Below are positions 62,176 to 64,000 of a stretch of 64,000 nt of DNA, one piece after another. Made by a program: the position numbers and the translations under genes. How positions within the stretch are numbered: the stretch's first letter is position 1; each line of letters starts with the position of its first letter. The notes under the pieces are model-generated. The model was not told the DNA's origin. It was given only the letters and a program-made list of their open reading frames with translations, and ran no database searches. The stretch comes from Eutreptiella sp. 'Long Island Sound 2002' (Eukaryota > Protista > Euglenida). Where the stretch lies: positions 190,216,001 through 190,280,000 of the forward strand of contig OZ038378.1 of the NCBI GenBank assembly GCA_964036045.1, written 5' to 3'.

Positions 62176-64000
62176 GTACGTGTGTCTGAGCCCCTATAGT
62201 GAGTCGTTGTAGTCCACGCAGTCCAGTGCACGCCACCAGTGGCCGGCGGGCGGGCCTACTTCCGTACGTACCCTCTGCTTCCAGCGCCTCATCCAGGACT
62301 GCTGTGGATGACAGGCCAACAAGCGTCGGTATCGCTGTTTGGTCCCCAATGACCAGTGGACAGTTGTTCGCAGTCGTCTCAGGGCATATCCCAATAGAAT
62401 CGCAGTTTTCGTACGCCAGCTTCTGTGTACCGTAATTTTTTTTTCGGTCCTGCACAAGTCCTGCCTCCAGAACAGAGACAACCAGGAAAAATGTGTCACA
62501 CAGTTGTAGGGAGCCGCAAACAGTGTGGCATTCCACCGGGTCTTTTTTGTTGGGGTCCAGACCCAGGGAAGCCGGCAAAGCCCTCTCACCAGATGGTATT
62601 TGAGAAAACCCGCGGACTCAAGGAATCAAGAGCTGTCCGATGCCACGAATGTCCCGCAAAGCCATGCGGTGGCGGGCAGAACTTGCCGTGAGGATGAGCT
62701 CAATCCGATACTACGGAATTGGGCAGGAACTGCCACACCCGTAGGCATCCCATTGGGCTGCAGGGGGCCGCAAAAAGCGACACTCCAACAGAATGGGGTG
62801 TTCATCCAGCGGACCCACTGCGGCCTAACAGTCCATGCCAGGGCCACGACTCTACGGGACACCTTTTCGTCGCTGGCCGCTATGGTTTGCGACTGATGTG
62901 GCCAAAGAGAGAGGTGGCCCCTGGAAATGCTCTTGTGGTGCCAGCCCCCAGGTACACTCAAAGAGGAGCGCGTCAGAGGGCGAATCAGACGCCGCCTGGC
63001 AGAGAACTGCTGGGCTGCACTCCACGAAACGCCGAACCAGCGAAGGACCTGGCGCCCCTGCAAGAAGTGCAGAGGACCCCTGCCGCCTCATCAAGGATGG
63101 CTTTGATGACCATGTCCCACAGAACGGGAAGCCCAAGCCCATTCCCAAGTCTGCAGCACTGCCCCTCCAAAGCCTGCCTCCAAAGGCAGACATGTGCGGT
63201 CCTTTAGGAGATGGCCTACAGTGCAAAAGGGGCCACCGCGCCACAGCCCCCCCCTGCGCCTGACAACGGTGCATTTCTGTCCAATGTAGGCACACGGGCA
63301 TCATGGGAGGGTGGCCGGGCTTTATGCAAGGGACGTAAGGAAGACCTGGGACTGGTGGTTGGCTGTTGAGGCGGGTGGGGAACTGCCAGTTACGGGCAGC
63401 TACCCCTTCCCACAGTCCACTGCCGGCCGTTCGTGGTCAACCGATGACTGCCTGACAGTTACTGGCAGTTGTCTCAAGGTGTTCTATGATGAAATTGCAT
63501 TTTTCGTGCGCCCACTGCCTTGTGCTGGAATTTGTCTTTGGGGCCCTCCAGGCACTAGAGGGGGCGGTGTCAATTTTGGACTGAGAAGTAAACCCCCCCC
63601 CCCCCACTTATAAACCCCCCACACTCATACCCCCCCCCCCCCCCTTATAACCCACCCCCCGGGAGATCCATGCCACCCAGGGACTTATAACCCCCCCTTT
63701 TCAGCACACAGGCATAGAACAAGAAATGCCTACGGATGGCTTGCCAATAATTGGGAATCTGTTACTTCTTCCAGAGCTGCACCAATGAGGCCTGTGCCTG
63801 TTTCTTGGCAGGCAAGTCAAAGAGCTCCTCATCTGAAAAATCCCCCACCTCATCATCATCAGGAGCTGCAACACCACCAGGGTCTCCCACAGATAGGTCC
63901 AAATCAATTTCCATTAGAAAAAGATGAATGACGTCTGAAGGTGCAAATGCGTCTGGATCCATGCCACCAAGGGACTTATAACCCCCCCCCCCCCCGCACC

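Overview
This is a GC-rich, repeat-saturated eukaryotic window. A euglenid-like protist is my inference; the taxon cannot be proven from this sequence. The window lies entirely inside one + strand gene, a Raptor/KOG1 (TORC1 scaffold) orthologue. I reconstructed 26 exons (12..62175, 2632 nt, about 877 aa). They splice in frame with consistent phases and cover the end of the caspase-like RNC domain, the ARM/HEAT repeats, the linker and the start of the WD40 propeller. The gene continues beyond both window edges. Introns are GT-AG except one inferred GC-AG, and all 26 donors have a pyrimidine at +4 (consensus GTRTGY). About 96% of the window is intron. The introns contain many non-autonomous hAT-type MITEs (CAGGG...CCCTG ends, 8-bp TSDs), a tRNA-derived SINE with an 18-bp TSD, decayed Harbinger and LINE fragments, mini- and microsatellites and poly-G/C runs. 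The most unusual object is a decayed, intronless ORF in intron 1 (about 2.0-4.1 kb) that joins a PHD-like finger, a KOW-like motif and a J-domain whose HPD motif reads HKN. Almost all entries in the supplied ORF track are spurious repeat read-throughs.
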